This document shows, one piece after another, positions 8,775 to 19,226 of a stretch of DNA of 50,338 nucleotides. A program made the position numbers and the translations under genes. Position 1 is the first letter of the stretch. Every line of letters begins with the position of its first letter. Under the pieces are notes generated by a model that was not told the origin of the DNA, made no database searches, and worked only from the letters and a program-made list of their open reading frames with translations. Source of the DNA: an uncultured bacterium (lineage in GTDB: Bacteria; Zixibacteria; MSB-5A5; GN15; FEB-12); the NCBI GenBank assembly GCA_965372795.1, contig CBDVDR010000022.1, forward strand, positions 1-50,338. Direction: 5' to 3'.

Positions 8775-10868
8775 ATGAGTGAAACTACTAAATTGATAAA
8801 AAGACATTTTCACCTTAGTTCAGAAAAAAAACTGTCACATATAATTTCAGTTCTTGATAAAATTGCTGCTTTGGCTGAGATGCAATCCTCAGCTGATTTT
8901 ACCGCACTAATGTACCGAAAATCCGAACAGGATAGTCCTATTCTAATATCTTATAGCCTCGGGTGTGATACACCCTTAGAATCTTTGAACTACTTTGAGA
9001 ATCGATGGGTAAACGGCTTTGTGGATTATAAAGAGTTTTCATTGTTAAAAACAGATGATGAAGAATTTGCACAAGCTAATCAGTTTAAATATAAACACTA
9101 TATTCCTTGTAAAATTGACGGTGTGAATCAAGGTGTAATTGTTCAGTATTGGAAATCGAAACCAAAAACTTTAAAACAAAACACGATTGATATATTGATT
9201 CAGCTTACTTCAATGCTGGTTGATACAATGTTAACTATTGAAAATATAAATCTCACTGATAACTACTCTATGAGACTATTTGAGTTAACAAATGTATTTG
9301 ATCTCCCAATGGGTGATTTCCGATTTAAAGATTTTATTAGTGAAGTTGTAAAATGTACCAGACATATTGTTCAGGTAAAAGGTATCTGTCTACTGGCTAA
9401 AGATACTGATAGTGATAATTTTTCAATTCAGGAGTATGTCTCTGAATCCAAACCGCCAAAATTATTTCTGCAAACATTACAACAATCGGTTCAGGAAGAA
9501 TATGGAAATATAGAAACTAATCTGCATACTCCCGGTAGATGGGATGATCTGAGTCAATATCTGAAAAAGCCGTCCAAATCAATTATTGGAATTTCCATTT
9601 CTCCTGAAAAATATTATCAATATATCCTTGTCGCCTGGACAGAAGAGGATTCCATATTTTCAACCGTCGATCTTGAGTTACTATCTGTGTTTAGTATGTT
9701 TGCAAAATCTCTTCTCAAAAATGCCTTAATGGTTAAAGGCATCAAAAAAGCTAAAAGAATGATAGAGAAAAGTTCATCACGAATGATCGACATAGAAACA
9801 ACAGCAGCACTTGCAGATATGACTTCCGGAGTCGCCCATGAATTTAATAATATCATCGGGGGAGTAGTCGGACGATTACAACTATTGAAAATGAAAATCG
9901 ATAGTGAACCACTTGAAAAGGAAATTGAAAAGATTGAGTCCCTGATAATGGAAGGTGCTCATACTATTAAACGAATTCAGGAATTCACCATAACGGCCAA
10001 TAATCAGAGATTTGAGGCTGTTAATCTTTTGGATGTTGTTAGTACTATTATCGACGATTCAACTAACACAATCCAAAAAAATGCAAAAGACCGCGGTATA
10101 ACATTAAAATTGATAAATAATATTTCTAATTTAAACATACTTGGGAATCAATCAGATATTCTGATTGCAATTGAAAAGGTTATAGAAAACAGTATTGATT
10201 TTTCACCTGAAAACTCTGTTGTCACATTAGAGTTGACTGAAGATAAAAAATACTTCTATCTTCAAATTTCTGATGAAGGTTGTGGGATTCCGGTTGGAAT
10301 CAGACCAAAGGTTTTCTATCCCTTTTATACTACAAAAAACACAAGAGCAGCAGGTTTAAGCCTGTCAATTGTCCATGGCGTCATCTCTCGCCATAGAGGC
10401 AGGATTACAATAAAAGATAACAGCCCCAAAGGAACCATTTTTGAACTGGCTTTTGTAAAGCCCGATAAGATGGATATTGACTCTGATGTAAAAACCAACG
10501 AAAAGAATACTGAAAATCTGAAAATTCTGGTTGTTGATGATGATAAACAAATCAGAGAAGTGCTGTTCGATATGTTGTCAATGTATGGACATATTTTAAC
10601 AACCTGTAATGATGCCTACGAGGCTATTGAACAGCTTGATAAACAAGGATTCGATCTTTTAATAACAGACCTCGGGATGCCTGGAATGTCAGGATTAGAA
10701 TTAGCTAAAGTTGCTCACCAAAACTCACCTAAGATGCCTATTGCCATGATAACCGGCTGGGGGACACAATTAAATCATGACGAAGTCAAGGCTAACGGCA
10801 TTAAAACAGTTCTCGCTAAACCGTTTCATTTACACGAGATAAGGGCTCTTATTGAAGATATGGTTTAA
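8775..10868 (+). CDS. Soluble hybrid histidine kinase (GAF-like, HisKA, HATPase, receiver)
   Basis: AHEFNN, ISDEGCGI, FYPFYTTK, GLSLS; receiver ILVVDDD..ITDLGMPGMSG..ITGW..KPF. Confidence 0.9.
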   Translation: MSETTKLIKRHFHLSSEKKLSHIISVLDKIAALAEMQSSADFTALMYRKSEQDSPILISYSLGCDTPLESLNYFENRWVNGFVDYKEFSLLKTDDEEFAQANQFKYKHYIPCKIDGVNQGVIVQYWKSKPKTLKQNTIDILIQLTSMLVDTMLTIENINLTDNYSMRLFELTNVFDLPMGDFRFKDFISEVVKCTRHIVQVKGICLLAKDTDSDNFSIQEYVSESKPPKLFLQTLQQSVQEEYGNIETNLHTPGRWDDLSQYLKKPSKSIIGISISPEKYYQYILVAWTEEDSIFSTVDLELLSVFSMFAKSLLKNALMVKGIKKAKRMIEKSSSRMIDIETTAALADMTSGVAHEFNNIIGGVVGRLQLLKMKIDSEPLEKEIEKIESLIMEGAHTIKRIQEFTITANNQRFEAVNLLDVVSTIIDDSTNTIQKNAKDRGITLKLINNISNLNILGNQSDILIAIEKVIENSIDFSPENSVVTLELTEDKKYFYLQISDEGCGIPVGIRPKVFYPFYTTKNTRAAGLSLSIVHGVISRHRGRITIKDNSPKGTIFELAFVKPDKMDIDSDVKTNEKNTENLKILVVDDDKQIREVLFDMLSMYGHILTTCNDAYEAIEQLDKQGFDLLITDLGMPGMSGLELAKVAHQNSPKMPIAMITGWGTQLNHDEVKANGIKTVLAKPFHLHEIRALIEDMV

Positions 10869-10939
10869 GTAAATATCCTTTTTTAATACTTCAAAAAACT
10901 ATTGCCTTTTTCTCATGGCTGATTATATTGCTTCAAATT

Positions 10940-11069
10940 AGATCTTCGGGGCGAGGCGAAATTCCTCGATCGGCGGTTATAGCCCGCGAGCCGGAAATAT
11001 GTCACCAACATTCTGGCAGAGTCTTTGAAATTAAGACGCCGACGGTATAGTCCGGATGGCAGAAGATTG
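10940..11069 (+). ncRNA. FMN riboswitch (RFN element)
   Basis: GATCTTCGGGGC..GAAATTCC..GGCGGT..AGCCCGCGAGCC..GCAGA..TGAAATT..GCCGACGGTATAGTCCGGATGGCAGAAGAT, directly upstream of ribD. Confidence 0.95.
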
Positions 11070-11099
11070 TTAGATACAGGTATATCCTGTGTTTTGTTG

Positions 11100-11131
11100 A
11101 GCCCCGAATATATTATATATGGGGTTTTTTT
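11100..11131 (+). terminator. Riboswitch expression platform hairpin with U-tract
   Basis: GCCCC...GGGGT followed by a T run; the GGGG arm lies 8 nt before the likely TTG start of ribD. Confidence 0.75.
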
Positions 11132-11132
11132 G

Positions 11133-12236
11133 TTGGCTGATTTAATTGACAAAAAATATATGCGGCTCGCTCTTGAATTAGCGGAAAAAGGCAGAGGCTC
11201 AACTCGCCCGAACCCACTGGTCGGAGCCATAATTGTCAAGAATGGCAAAATTGTCGGTAAGGGCTTCCACAAAGTCGCTGGCCAGCCTCATGCTGAAATC
11301 AAAGCTCTCAAACAAGCCGGTGCCAAAGCAAAAAATGCTTCCCTATATTTAAACCTCGAACCATGCTGTCATACCGGTCAAACCGGACCTTGTACAACAA
11401 AGATTATTGAAGCAGGTATTAAACGAGTGGTTTTTGCCGTTAAAGACCCTGATCCAAGGGTAAATGGCAAAGGCGCCCGAATACTTAAGCAGGCTGGCAT
11501 TGAAGTTAAATCAAATGTACTAAAAAAAGAGACTCTGCTTCAAAACGATATATTTTTCGGTTATCTTAAAAATCAAAAACCATATGTAATATTAAAAATT
11601 GCCCAAACTCTTGATGGTAAAATTGCAACATCATCTGGTGATTCCAAATGGATTACTTCAAAAAAATCCAGAGAATATGCCCATCGACTAAGATCTGAAG
11701 TAGATGCGGTCATAGTTGGAGGAAATACAGTTAGAACTGATAATCCTCAATTAACGGTACGGAACGTAAAGGGTAAAAATCCCTATCGAATTATTGTCAG
11801 TAATAGTTTAAAATTTCCATCGAATAGTCATCTGATAACTAACAATAAAGATATTCAAACAATCATTGCCACAAGTAACAAGAAAATACCGATATCGCTA
11901 TCTCAGAAGAAATCAAATTTGATCTGGTGGCAGATAAATAAGAATAGTTCCGGAGGTTTGGATTTTAAAGACCTCATTCAAAAGGCTAATGATTTTGGCA
12001 TTAAATCTATCCTTGTAGAAGGCGGAGCCCAAATTACAACAGCCTTTTTAAAAAAAGAACTGTTTGATAAATTAATTGTTATTACAGCTCCGAAAATTAT
12101 TGGGGCAGGGGTTGATTCTATTAATGATATAGGAATTCTGAAAATTTCTAAAGCGATGGAATTTGACAGTTACACAACCAGCCTTGGCGTTGATAATCTG
12201 TTTGTTGGCTATCCCAGGAAAGATAAGAAGGAATAG
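11133..12236 (+). CDS. ribD: Riboflavin biosynthesis deaminase/reductase RibD
   Basis: PNPLVGA, HAE, LEPCCH..PC, AQTLDGKIA, DNPQLT, VEGG. Start moved to TTG 11133 (or ATG 11160) because the longer ORF runs into the riboswitch. Confidence 0.95.
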   Translation: MADLIDKKYMRLALELAEKGRGSTRPNPLVGAIIVKNGKIVGKGFHKVAGQPHAEIKALKQAGAKAKNASLYLNLEPCCHTGQTGPCTTKIIEAGIKRVVFAVKDPDPRVNGKGARILKQAGIEVKSNVLKKETLLQNDIFFGYLKNQKPYVILKIAQTLDGKIATSSGDSKWITSKKSREYAHRLRSEVDAVIVGGNTVRTDNPQLTVRNVKGKNPYRIIVSNSLKFPSNSHLITNNKDIQTIIATSNKKIPISLSQKKSNLIWWQINKNSSGGLDFKDLIQKANDFGIKSILVEGGAQITTAFLKKELFDKLIVITAPKIIGAGVDSINDIGILKISKAMEFDSYTTSLGVDNLFVGYPRKDKKE

Positions 12237-12240
12237 ACAG

Positions 12241-12873
12241 ATGTTTACCGGACTAATAGAAACTGTCGGAACTATACAAGCTCTTTCAAAGCGTGGTAAT
12301 TATCTCACTCTAACTATCAAATCCAAATTTGATACTGAAACAATCAAAATTGGTGAATCAATCGCTTGTGATGGAACCTGCCTGACCGTTATAAAAAAGG
12401 AGAAGGCTGTTTTTACGGTTGAAGCTTCTCAGGAATCTATTCAAAAAACTATCCTGAGTGAATATCGATCCGGTACAACAATTAATCTTGAAAGAGCCTT
12501 GCAAGTTGGTGATCGTATGGGCGGGCATTTTGTCAGTGGTCATATTGATGATAAAGGTATTGTCGACAGCGTCAACAAAATCGGCGATTCGACTGAAATA
12601 GCGGTTAGATTTAATACTAAATTTGATTTATTGATTGTTGAAAAAGGTTCAATTGCCATCAACGGAATTTCTTTAACGGTGAATAAAGTCAGTTCCGGGT
12701 GGTTCAATGTGAACATCATACCGCATACTATTAAAGAGACAACTCTAAAAGATTTAAATTCAGGATCATTGGTTAATCTTGAATTTGATTTAATTGGAAA
12801 ATATATATTGAAATCACATAATCCCGATTCGGGAAAATTAACTAAAGATAAAATCATTAAAAGTGGATGGTGA
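12241..12873 (+). CDS. ribE: Riboflavin synthase (alpha chain; ribC in E. coli nomenclature)
   Basis: Diagnostic N-terminus MFTGLIE at 12241; [30 protein letters not shown]. Confidence 0.96.
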   Translation: MFTGLIETVGTIQALSKRGNYLTLTIKSKFDTETIKIGESIACDGTCLTVIKKEKAVFTVEASQESIQKTILSEYRSGTTINLERALQVGDRMGGHFVSGHIDDKGIVDSVNKIGDSTEIAVRFNTKFDLLIVEKGSIAINGISLTVNKVSSGWFNVNIIPHTIKETTLKDLNSGSLVNLEFDLIGKYILKSHNPDSGKLTKDKIIKSGW

Positions 12874-12874
12874 T

Positions 12875-14089
12875 ATGACAGAACTATATCAATTTGACAG
12901 CATTCCGGAGGCGATTGCTGATATAAAAGCCGGAAAAATGGTAGTTGTTGTGGATGACGAAGATAGAGAAAACGAAGGCGATCTGATTATGGCCGCTGAG
13001 AAAATAACTCCTGAAGCAGTTAATTTCTTAGCTAAACATGGTCGGGGACTAATTTGTGTATGCCTGCCTGAAAAAAGAATTGAGCAACTTGAACTAAATC
13101 CAATGGTTGAAAGAAATACGGCATTATTAGGAACCAGATTCACGGTATCTGTTGATGCTGTTGAGGGAACTACAACCGGAATCTCAGCCCAGGATCGTTC
13201 TGTTACAATTCAAACTATGGCTGATGATAAAACACGTCCTGAAGATCTTGGTCGTCCCGGACATATTTTTCCAATTAAAGCCTTAAAAGGAGGGGTACTT
13301 TCACGAGCAGGACATACCGAAGCCTCTGTCGATTTATCCCGTATGGCCGGATTAAAACCAATGGGTGTTCTCTGTGAGATTATGAATGATGACGGGACTA
13401 TGTCGCGCGTACCTGATTTAATTGATTTTGCCAAAAAGCATGACATGAAATTTATTGCAATAAAAGATCTAATCGCTTACCGGAGAAAAACAGAAAAATT
13501 AGTAACTGAGATTACCGATGTGAAACTGCCAACCAGTTTTGGTGAATTTCAACTTCATCTATATCGATCTGAAATTGATGACCACCACCATCTTGCCTTA
13601 GTCAAAGGTGATATTACAGGAGATGATTCTGTTTTAGTCAGAGTCCATTCAAGTTGTTTAACCGGAGATGTTTTTGGCTCGTGTCGCTGTGATTGCGGAA
13701 AGCAACTTCATTCTGCAATGGAGCAAGTAGATCGCGAAGGTAGAGGAGTAATTTTATACATGCGTCAGGAAGGTCGGGGAATCGGATTGGCAAATAAAAT
13801 CCTCGCTTATAAACTTCAGGAGAAGGGTAGAGACACTGTCGAAGCTAACGAAGAATTAGGTTTTGAAGCAGATCTTCGTGACTATGGAATTGGAGCTCAA
13901 ATATTGGTTGATCTGGGCTTGAAATCAATCAGGCTTATGACAAACAATCCACGCAAAATTATTGGACTCGAAGGCTACGGGCTTGAAATTTTGGAAAGAG
14001 TGCCAATTGAAATTGAACCATCAAAACATAATCAGGGCTATTTGCAAACTAAGCGTGATAAATTAGGACATTTACTTAATAATAAATAG
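12875..14089 (+). CDS. ribBA: Bifunctional DHBP synthase / GTP cyclohydrolase II
   Basis: [56 protein letters not shown]. Confidence 0.97.
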   Translation: MTELYQFDSIPEAIADIKAGKMVVVVDDEDRENEGDLIMAAEKITPEAVNFLAKHGRGLICVCLPEKRIEQLELNPMVERNTALLGTRFTVSVDAVEGTTTGISAQDRSVTIQTMADDKTRPEDLGRPGHIFPIKALKGGVLSRAGHTEASVDLSRMAGLKPMGVLCEIMNDDGTMSRVPDLIDFAKKHDMKFIAIKDLIAYRRKTEKLVTEITDVKLPTSFGEFQLHLYRSEIDDHHHLALVKGDITGDDSVLVRVHSSCLTGDVFGSCRCDCGKQLHSAMEQVDREGRGVILYMRQEGRGIGLANKILAYKLQEKGRDTVEANEELGFEADLRDYGIGAQILVDLGLKSIRLMTNNPRKIIGLEGYGLEILERVPIEIEPSKHNQGYLQTKRDKLGHLLNNK

Positions 14090-14102
14090 ATTAGGAGTTT
14101 TT

Positions 14103-14573
14103 ATGAAATATAAAGTGTTAGAAGGTAAACTAAATGCCAGTGGACTAAAAATCGGTATAATTGTAAGTCGTTTCAATGAGTTTTTAACAGACAAACTCGT
14201 ACAGGGAGCAATTGATTGTTTAGGTCGTCATGGCGCGGATGAAAAAAACGTTACCGTCGCTTATGTCCCTGGTGCTTTTGAAATTCCATACGCTGCCTCA
14301 AGAATGGCAAATTCTGGTATTTATGATGCTGTTATCTGTATTGGAGCAATTATCAGAGGTGATACACCACACTTTGATTATATTGCTGCCGAATCCTCAA
14401 AAGGTATTGCACGGATTGGCATAGAAGCAAACCTTCCGGTAATTTATGGATTGGTTACAGCCGATACTCTTGATCAAGCGATTGAGCGCTCAGGTACTAA
14501 AGCTGGTAATAAAGGGTGGGATGCTGCCCAAGCTGCAATTGAAATGGTAAATCTTTATAAGGCGATGGAGTAA
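14103..14573 (+). CDS. ribH: 6,7-dimethyl-8-ribityllumazine synthase
   Basis: [28 protein letters not shown]. Confidence 0.97.
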   Translation: MKYKVLEGKLNASGLKIGIIVSRFNEFLTDKLVQGAIDCLGRHGADEKNVTVAYVPGAFEIPYAASRMANSGIYDAVICIGAIIRGDTPHFDYIAAESSKGIARIGIEANLPVIYGLVTADTLDQAIERSGTKAGNKGWDAAQAAIEMVNLYKAME

Positions 14574-14575
14574 TA

Positions 14576-15007
14576 ATGTCCGATTCATCACGACACCGTG
14601 CACGAGAATTAGTTTTACAAGGATTATATGCTCTTGAAACCGGACAGGACGATTCCGAGCATGTTGTCAAACATATTGTAAAAAATGATGATTTGTCTTC
14701 AAAAAATCAACAATTTGCCGAAAATCTGTTTGCTGCGGTTCAAAATAATTCTGAATGGGCAAACAGTCAAATCTCTGCTCTGGCAGAAAATTGGGATCTG
14801 GATCGCATTGCTACAATAGACCAGATTATATTAAGAATCGGATTAGTGGAACTTGAAAAAATGCCTGATATTCCGGTTAAAGTTGTTTTAAATGAAGCTA
14901 TAGAACTTGCAAAAACGTTTTCCACGAGTAAGTCATTCAGTTTTATCAACGGTATCCTTGATAAATATGTGAGATTAATGGCTGAACGTGATAAAATGCA
15001 ATCATAA
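14576..15007 (+). CDS. nusB: Transcription antitermination factor NusB
   Basis: RHRARELVLQGLY, ILRIG, NEAIELAK, FINGILD; follows ribH. Confidence 0.95.
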   Translation: MSDSSRHRARELVLQGLYALETGQDDSEHVVKHIVKNDDLSSKNQQFAENLFAAVQNNSEWANSQISALAENWDLDRIATIDQIILRIGLVELEKMPDIPVKVVLNEAIELAKTFSTSKSFSFINGILDKYVRLMAERDKMQS

Positions 15008-15098
15008 GCTGCGAACTTTTATATTTTTGGGATGTAAAAAGAATCTGGACATCGAATATAATTGGCGTATATTTGAGGTTTCTTATTAACGAACAAAA

Positions 15099-18000
15099 AT
15101 GGAAAAAGAGCCAGATTCAACAATGAATGAATTTTTAGAGAAAAAAAACATTGATAGAACAAACTCAATCTTGGGTTTTTCTGTTATGCTTTTTACTCTG
15201 ATTATTTATTTAAAGACCTTAGCTCCAACTTTATCATTCTGGGATTGCGGCGAATTTATCGCTTCCTCAAAAATATTAGGAGTGCCGCACCCTCCGGGAA
15301 CACCTCTATATATTCTTATTGGAAGACTTTTCACAATTTTGCCTACCTATGCAGATATGGCGGCCAGAATCAATTTCCTTTCGGCACTAAGTTCAGCTTT
15401 CACAGCGATGTTCGGTTACTTGATAAATGTCCGTATTTTACGAAATTGGTTCTCACAAGATCAATCAACACTAAATAAATTATTAATTTATGGTGGAGGA
15501 ATATCAGGGGCTCTGTTTTTAGCCTTCAGTCTGACCAATTGGAATAATTCAATTGAAGCTGAAGTCTATGGACTATCAATGATGGTTCTTCTGGCAATGT
15601 TTTGGCTAACCTTGATCTATGCTGAAAACAAGGGTACACCATTTGGCAATCGGATAATGCTTTTTGTGATTTATTTGGGCTTGGTTGGAATCGGCATTCA
15701 TATGACGACCTTTTTAATTATGCCGGTTGTATCTTTGTTTTTCATTCTTAAAAAAGAAGCTGATCAAAAAGTCTGGTACGCTATTGCAGCTTTGTTCTTT
15801 ATGGAATTGTTTTTAATCTTCGCTTTATCATCACAGGTTGGTGAGATCCCTTTCTATTTTCCAACAATGATCGTATTTATAATATTTCTGTTTTTCATCT
15901 TTTCATTCGAACAAATTCCTAAATTATACATGTTTGCATTGTTAGGATTCGCCTTGTCGATAATACCTCTTTTAGGAGATACTATTGCCCTGATCAGTAA
16001 GACACCTGATGCATCAGGTTCATTTCAGAGCGTATTAGAATTAATTGGCAAAATATCCTCAGGTTTATTATTAGTCTTTGGGTTATATAGTTTCTATAAA
16101 TATTCCATACAGAAGGGCAAAGACGAGTCATTGCCATTTTTGTATGTTTCATTGTTTGTCTTTGCAGCAGTCATTATGACAGTCATGTTATTTCTTCTTA
16201 AAGGGTATACGGCATTTCTTGTTATCTCGGCAATCATGATGCTGGGTCTGCTTTGGTATCTATGGCGATATATTGCCTGGGCAAATTTAATTGCGGTGGC
16301 TTCAATCTCATTAGTAATTATAGGAGTGAAACCATTCTTTTACGGAATGGGAATTGCCTGTCTTATTCTGGTAATTGGTGGACTTGCAAAAAAACTTCCC
16401 GGTTGGAAAACAGCCTTGTTGATTATTGTTGTCGCCATTGCCGGATATTCGGTTCATCTTTTTATTCCTATCCGTTCAGCTCAACAACCGATAATTAACG
16501 AAAACAATCCTTCTAAAAATTTAACCACTACGATTAACTATCTCGAAAGAAAACAGTATGGTTCCCAGTCAATGGTCGAAAGAATGTTCATCAGACGGGC
16601 AGAGTGGAGCAATCAATTCGGACGCTTTAGCAGAATGGGATTCTGGAGCTTTTTTGAAAGACAATACGGTCTACCGGGTCCTCAATTTATCTTATTGCTA
16701 TTATTGGGAGTTTTCGGAATTTGGGAAGTAATAAGGCGTAATCCTCAAAATGGATTATCATTTTTAATATTATTTTTAATTTCTACCGCCGGTTTGATCC
16801 TGTATATGAATTTTGCTGATGGCACTCGTGATGGAATCACCGGGATCGACTATCTGGAAGTGAGGGACAGAGATTATTTCTTCACTCCGGGATTTATTCT
16901 GTTCGGTATGGGGCTTGGAATCGGGATCAGTATTCTTATCCAATTCATTAAAGACTCAATTGAGAAATTCCCTTCGGCTATAAAAAATACAACAGTCTAT
17001 GCTTCACTGGTACTATTTTTAATACCCGGCTTTACAATTGCTAATAATTATTTCGAATGCGATCGTTCAAGAAATTATTTAGCTTATGACTATGCTGAAA
17101 ATATTCTAAAATCTGCCGATGAAAACGCAATTCTTTTTACAAATGGGGATAATGATACTTTCCCGGTATGGTGTCTTCAGGAAGCATTTGATTATCGAAA
17201 AGATGTCGTCAATATCAATCTGTCTCTTGCTAATACCAAATGGTATATAAAACAGCTCAAAAACACCATGGGTGTCGATTTGGGCTGGTCAGATGAACAG
17301 ATAGATAAACTCCGCCCGTATAGAACTCAGGATGGTACTATATTCAGACTCAATCATCAGGTCATTGATGCGGTTATTAATAAGAATTATGGTAAAAGAC
17401 CAATCAATTTTTCTGTGACTAATAGTTCCAGTGTTAGAAGGTATCGTGGAAAATCTATTGATAAAAATTTGATTTTGCAGGGAATGTCATGGAGAGTTGA
17501 TTTTGATATTGATGCTATGGGCGTTGATAAAGAAAGATCGATAGAATTTTATCTCAATCCGGATAAATTTCAGTCGCGGGGTGTTAACGATAATACGATC
17601 TTCAAGAATGAAACAGAGCTAAGGTTAACCAGAAATTATGCCAATGGAATATTAATGGTTGCCGATCATTTAAGGCGTCTTGGCGATTCGTCAATGACTG
17701 AAATTCTTGTTAAAAGTGCCGTTGATAGAATACCTTATTCAGATGATGCCTATGAATATCTTGGGCGTTGGTATTCTGATCGAAGTAAAACTGATGAAAT
17801 TAAAGCACTGATTGAAGAAAATGAGTTTTATGATAATAATATGCTGCAAGTTTATCTTGCCCGTTCTGAAATAAATTCCGGCAGGAAAAAAGAAGGTGAA
17901 ACAATTCTGGTTGACCTGCTAAATAATGACCCGAATTTTAGAGCGGCTTTTGAAGAATTAATGCGATTTTATTATAATAATAATCTGATGATGAATTTGA

Positions 18001-18119
18001 GATCATTGTTAAAAGGATGGTTAGGATTTAATCCTGATGACCAAAAGATAAAACAACTTCTTACTGAATTTGAAAAAGAATTACTACGGAGACAAAATCA
18101 GGAGACATCCGGTCAATGA
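15099..18119 (+). CDS. DUF2723 (TMEM260-like) multi-pass GT-C-type glycosyltransferase with a TPR-like C-terminus
   Basis: PTLSFWDCGEFI, GVPHPPGTP, EAEVY, RDRDYFF, FTNGDNDTFPVW, NLSL.NT.WYIKQL. Confidence 0.85.
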   Translation: MEKEPDSTMNEFLEKKNIDRTNSILGFSVMLFTLIIYLKTLAPTLSFWDCGEFIASSKILGVPHPPGTPLYILIGRLFTILPTYADMAARINFLSALSSAFTAMFGYLINVRILRNWFSQDQSTLNKLLIYGGGISGALFLAFSLTNWNNSIEAEVYGLSMMVLLAMFWLTLIYAENKGTPFGNRIMLFVIYLGLVGIGIHMTTFLIMPVVSLFFILKKEADQKVWYAIAALFFMELFLIFALSSQVGEIPFYFPTMIVFIIFLFFIFSFEQIPKLYMFALLGFALSIIPLLGDTIALISKTPDASGSFQSVLELIGKISSGLLLVFGLYSFYKYSIQKGKDESLPFLYVSLFVFAAVIMTVMLFLLKGYTAFLVISAIMMLGLLWYLWRYIAWANLIAVASISLVIIGVKPFFYGMGIACLILVIGGLAKKLPGWKTALLIIVVAIAGYSVHLFIPIRSAQQPIINENNPSKNLTTTINYLERKQYGSQSMVERMFIRRAEWSNQFGRFSRMGFWSFFERQYGLPGPQFILLLLLGVFGIWEVIRRNPQNGLSFLILFLISTAGLILYMNFADGTRDGITGIDYLEVRDRDYFFTPGFILFGMGLGIGISILIQFIKDSIEKFPSAIKNTTVYASLVLFLIPGFTIANNYFECDRSRNYLAYDYAENILKSADENAILFTNGDNDTFPVWCLQEAFDYRKDVVNINLSLANTKWYIKQLKNTMGVDLGWSDEQIDKLRPYRTQDGTIFRLNHQVIDAVINKNYGKRPINFSVTNSSSVRRYRGKSIDKNLILQGMSWRVDFDIDAMGVDKERSIEFYLNPDKFQSRGVNDNTIFKNETELRLTRNYANGILMVADHLRRLGDSSMTEILVKSAVDRIPYSDDAYEYLGRWYSDRSKTDEIKALIEENEFYDNNMLQVYLARSEINSGRKKEGETILVDLLNNDPNFRAAFEELMRFYYNNNLMMNLRSLLKGWLGFNPDDQKIKQLLTEFEKELLRRQNQETSGQ

Positions 18120-19222
18120 ATATACTGGCATTAAATTGGAATGATTTGAAAAATCCGTATGCCGGCGGTGCCGAAGTTCATCTTGAAGAACTTCTTAGAC
18201 GCTTGGTAAAAAACGGCCATAAGGTCACTCTCTTTTGTTCCGGTTTTGAAAATTGTTTGCCAGAGGAAACGATTGAAGGCATAAGAATTATCCGTAGAGG
18301 GAACAGGTTTAGTTTTAATCTTATTGCTCCTTTTCATTTACGGAAACTTGTTGCAAACGAAAAATTTGATTTATTGATTGAAGATATTAATAAAATTCCA
18401 TTTTATACACCGCTTTATTTGAAATTGAAAACGCTGGTGGTAGTGCCTCATCTGTTTGCCACAACAGTTTTTCAGGAGATCAATTTTATCCTTGGTTCTT
18501 ATATCTATTTAGCTGAGCGTCCAATGGTCGCTGCTTACAAAGGGAAAAAGTATAACGTCATTTCCAAGTCAACAGCTGATGATCTGATTGAACGAGGAGT
18601 TTCAGAAAAAGATATTTCAATCGTTCATTGCGGAATTGATAGAGATTTTTATAAATATGATTCATCCATTCAAAAATATGAAAATCCTACAGTCTTGTAT
18701 CTGGGACGAATTAAAAAATATAAATCAATTCAGCATTTGATCCTTGCCTTCAATCAGGTAAAGAAAACAATTCCGAATGCTAAACTAATTATAGTTGGTG
18801 CCGGAGATTATCTTGAAGATTTGAAAAAAATGACAACCACCCTTGAGTTAAATGACTCGGTCAAATTTACCGGATTTGTGTCCAAGGAAGAAAAGCTGAT
18901 GCATCTCCGACGATCTCATGTCGCTGTGCTGCCATCTTTAAAAGAAGGCTGGGGGTTGACTAATATCGAGGCTAACTCGGCAGGAACTACCGTTGTTGCG
19001 GCTAATTCGCCCGGATTGCGAGATTCGGTTATTGATGAAGTCTCCGGACTATTATATGAATTCGGTGATATTGATCAATTGAAAGATAAGCTATTAAAAA
19101 TCTTATTAGATGATCCTTACCGAAAAAAATTAGAAGAGGGTGCTCTTGAATGGGCGGCTAAATTTAATTGGGATGATGCTGCTGCTGAATTTGAAAAAAT
19201 AATTAAAGAGATTGTAGAGTAA
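18116..19222 (+). CDS. Family 4 (GT-B) glycosyltransferase
   Basis: AGGAE, GRIKKYK, PSLKEGWGLTNIEAN. Confidence 0.92.
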   Translation: MNILALNWNDLKNPYAGGAEVHLEELLRRLVKNGHKVTLFCSGFENCLPEETIEGIRIIRRGNRFSFNLIAPFHLRKLVANEKFDLLIEDINKIPFYTPLYLKLKTLVVVPHLFATTVFQEINFILGSYIYLAERPMVAAYKGKKYNVISKSTADDLIERGVSEKDISIVHCGIDRDFYKYDSSIQKYENPTVLYLGRIKKYKSIQHLILAFNQVKKTIPNAKLIIVGAGDYLEDLKKMTTTLELNDSVKFTGFVSKEEKLMHLRRSHVAVLPSLKEGWGLTNIEANSAGTTVVAANSPGLRDSVIDEVSGLLYEFGDIDQLKDKLLKILLDDPYRKKLEEGALEWAAKFNWDDAAAEFEKIIKEIVE

Positions 19223-19226
19223 TTTT

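Noticed and set aside
10913..11272. 119-aa minus-strand ORF and the N-terminal extension of ribD from 11025
   Set aside because: Both overlap the FMN riboswitch and ribD; RibD similarity begins near 11133.
12163..12240. N-terminal extension of riboflavin synthase
   Set aside because: The family starts at MFTG (12241); the extension overlaps ribD.
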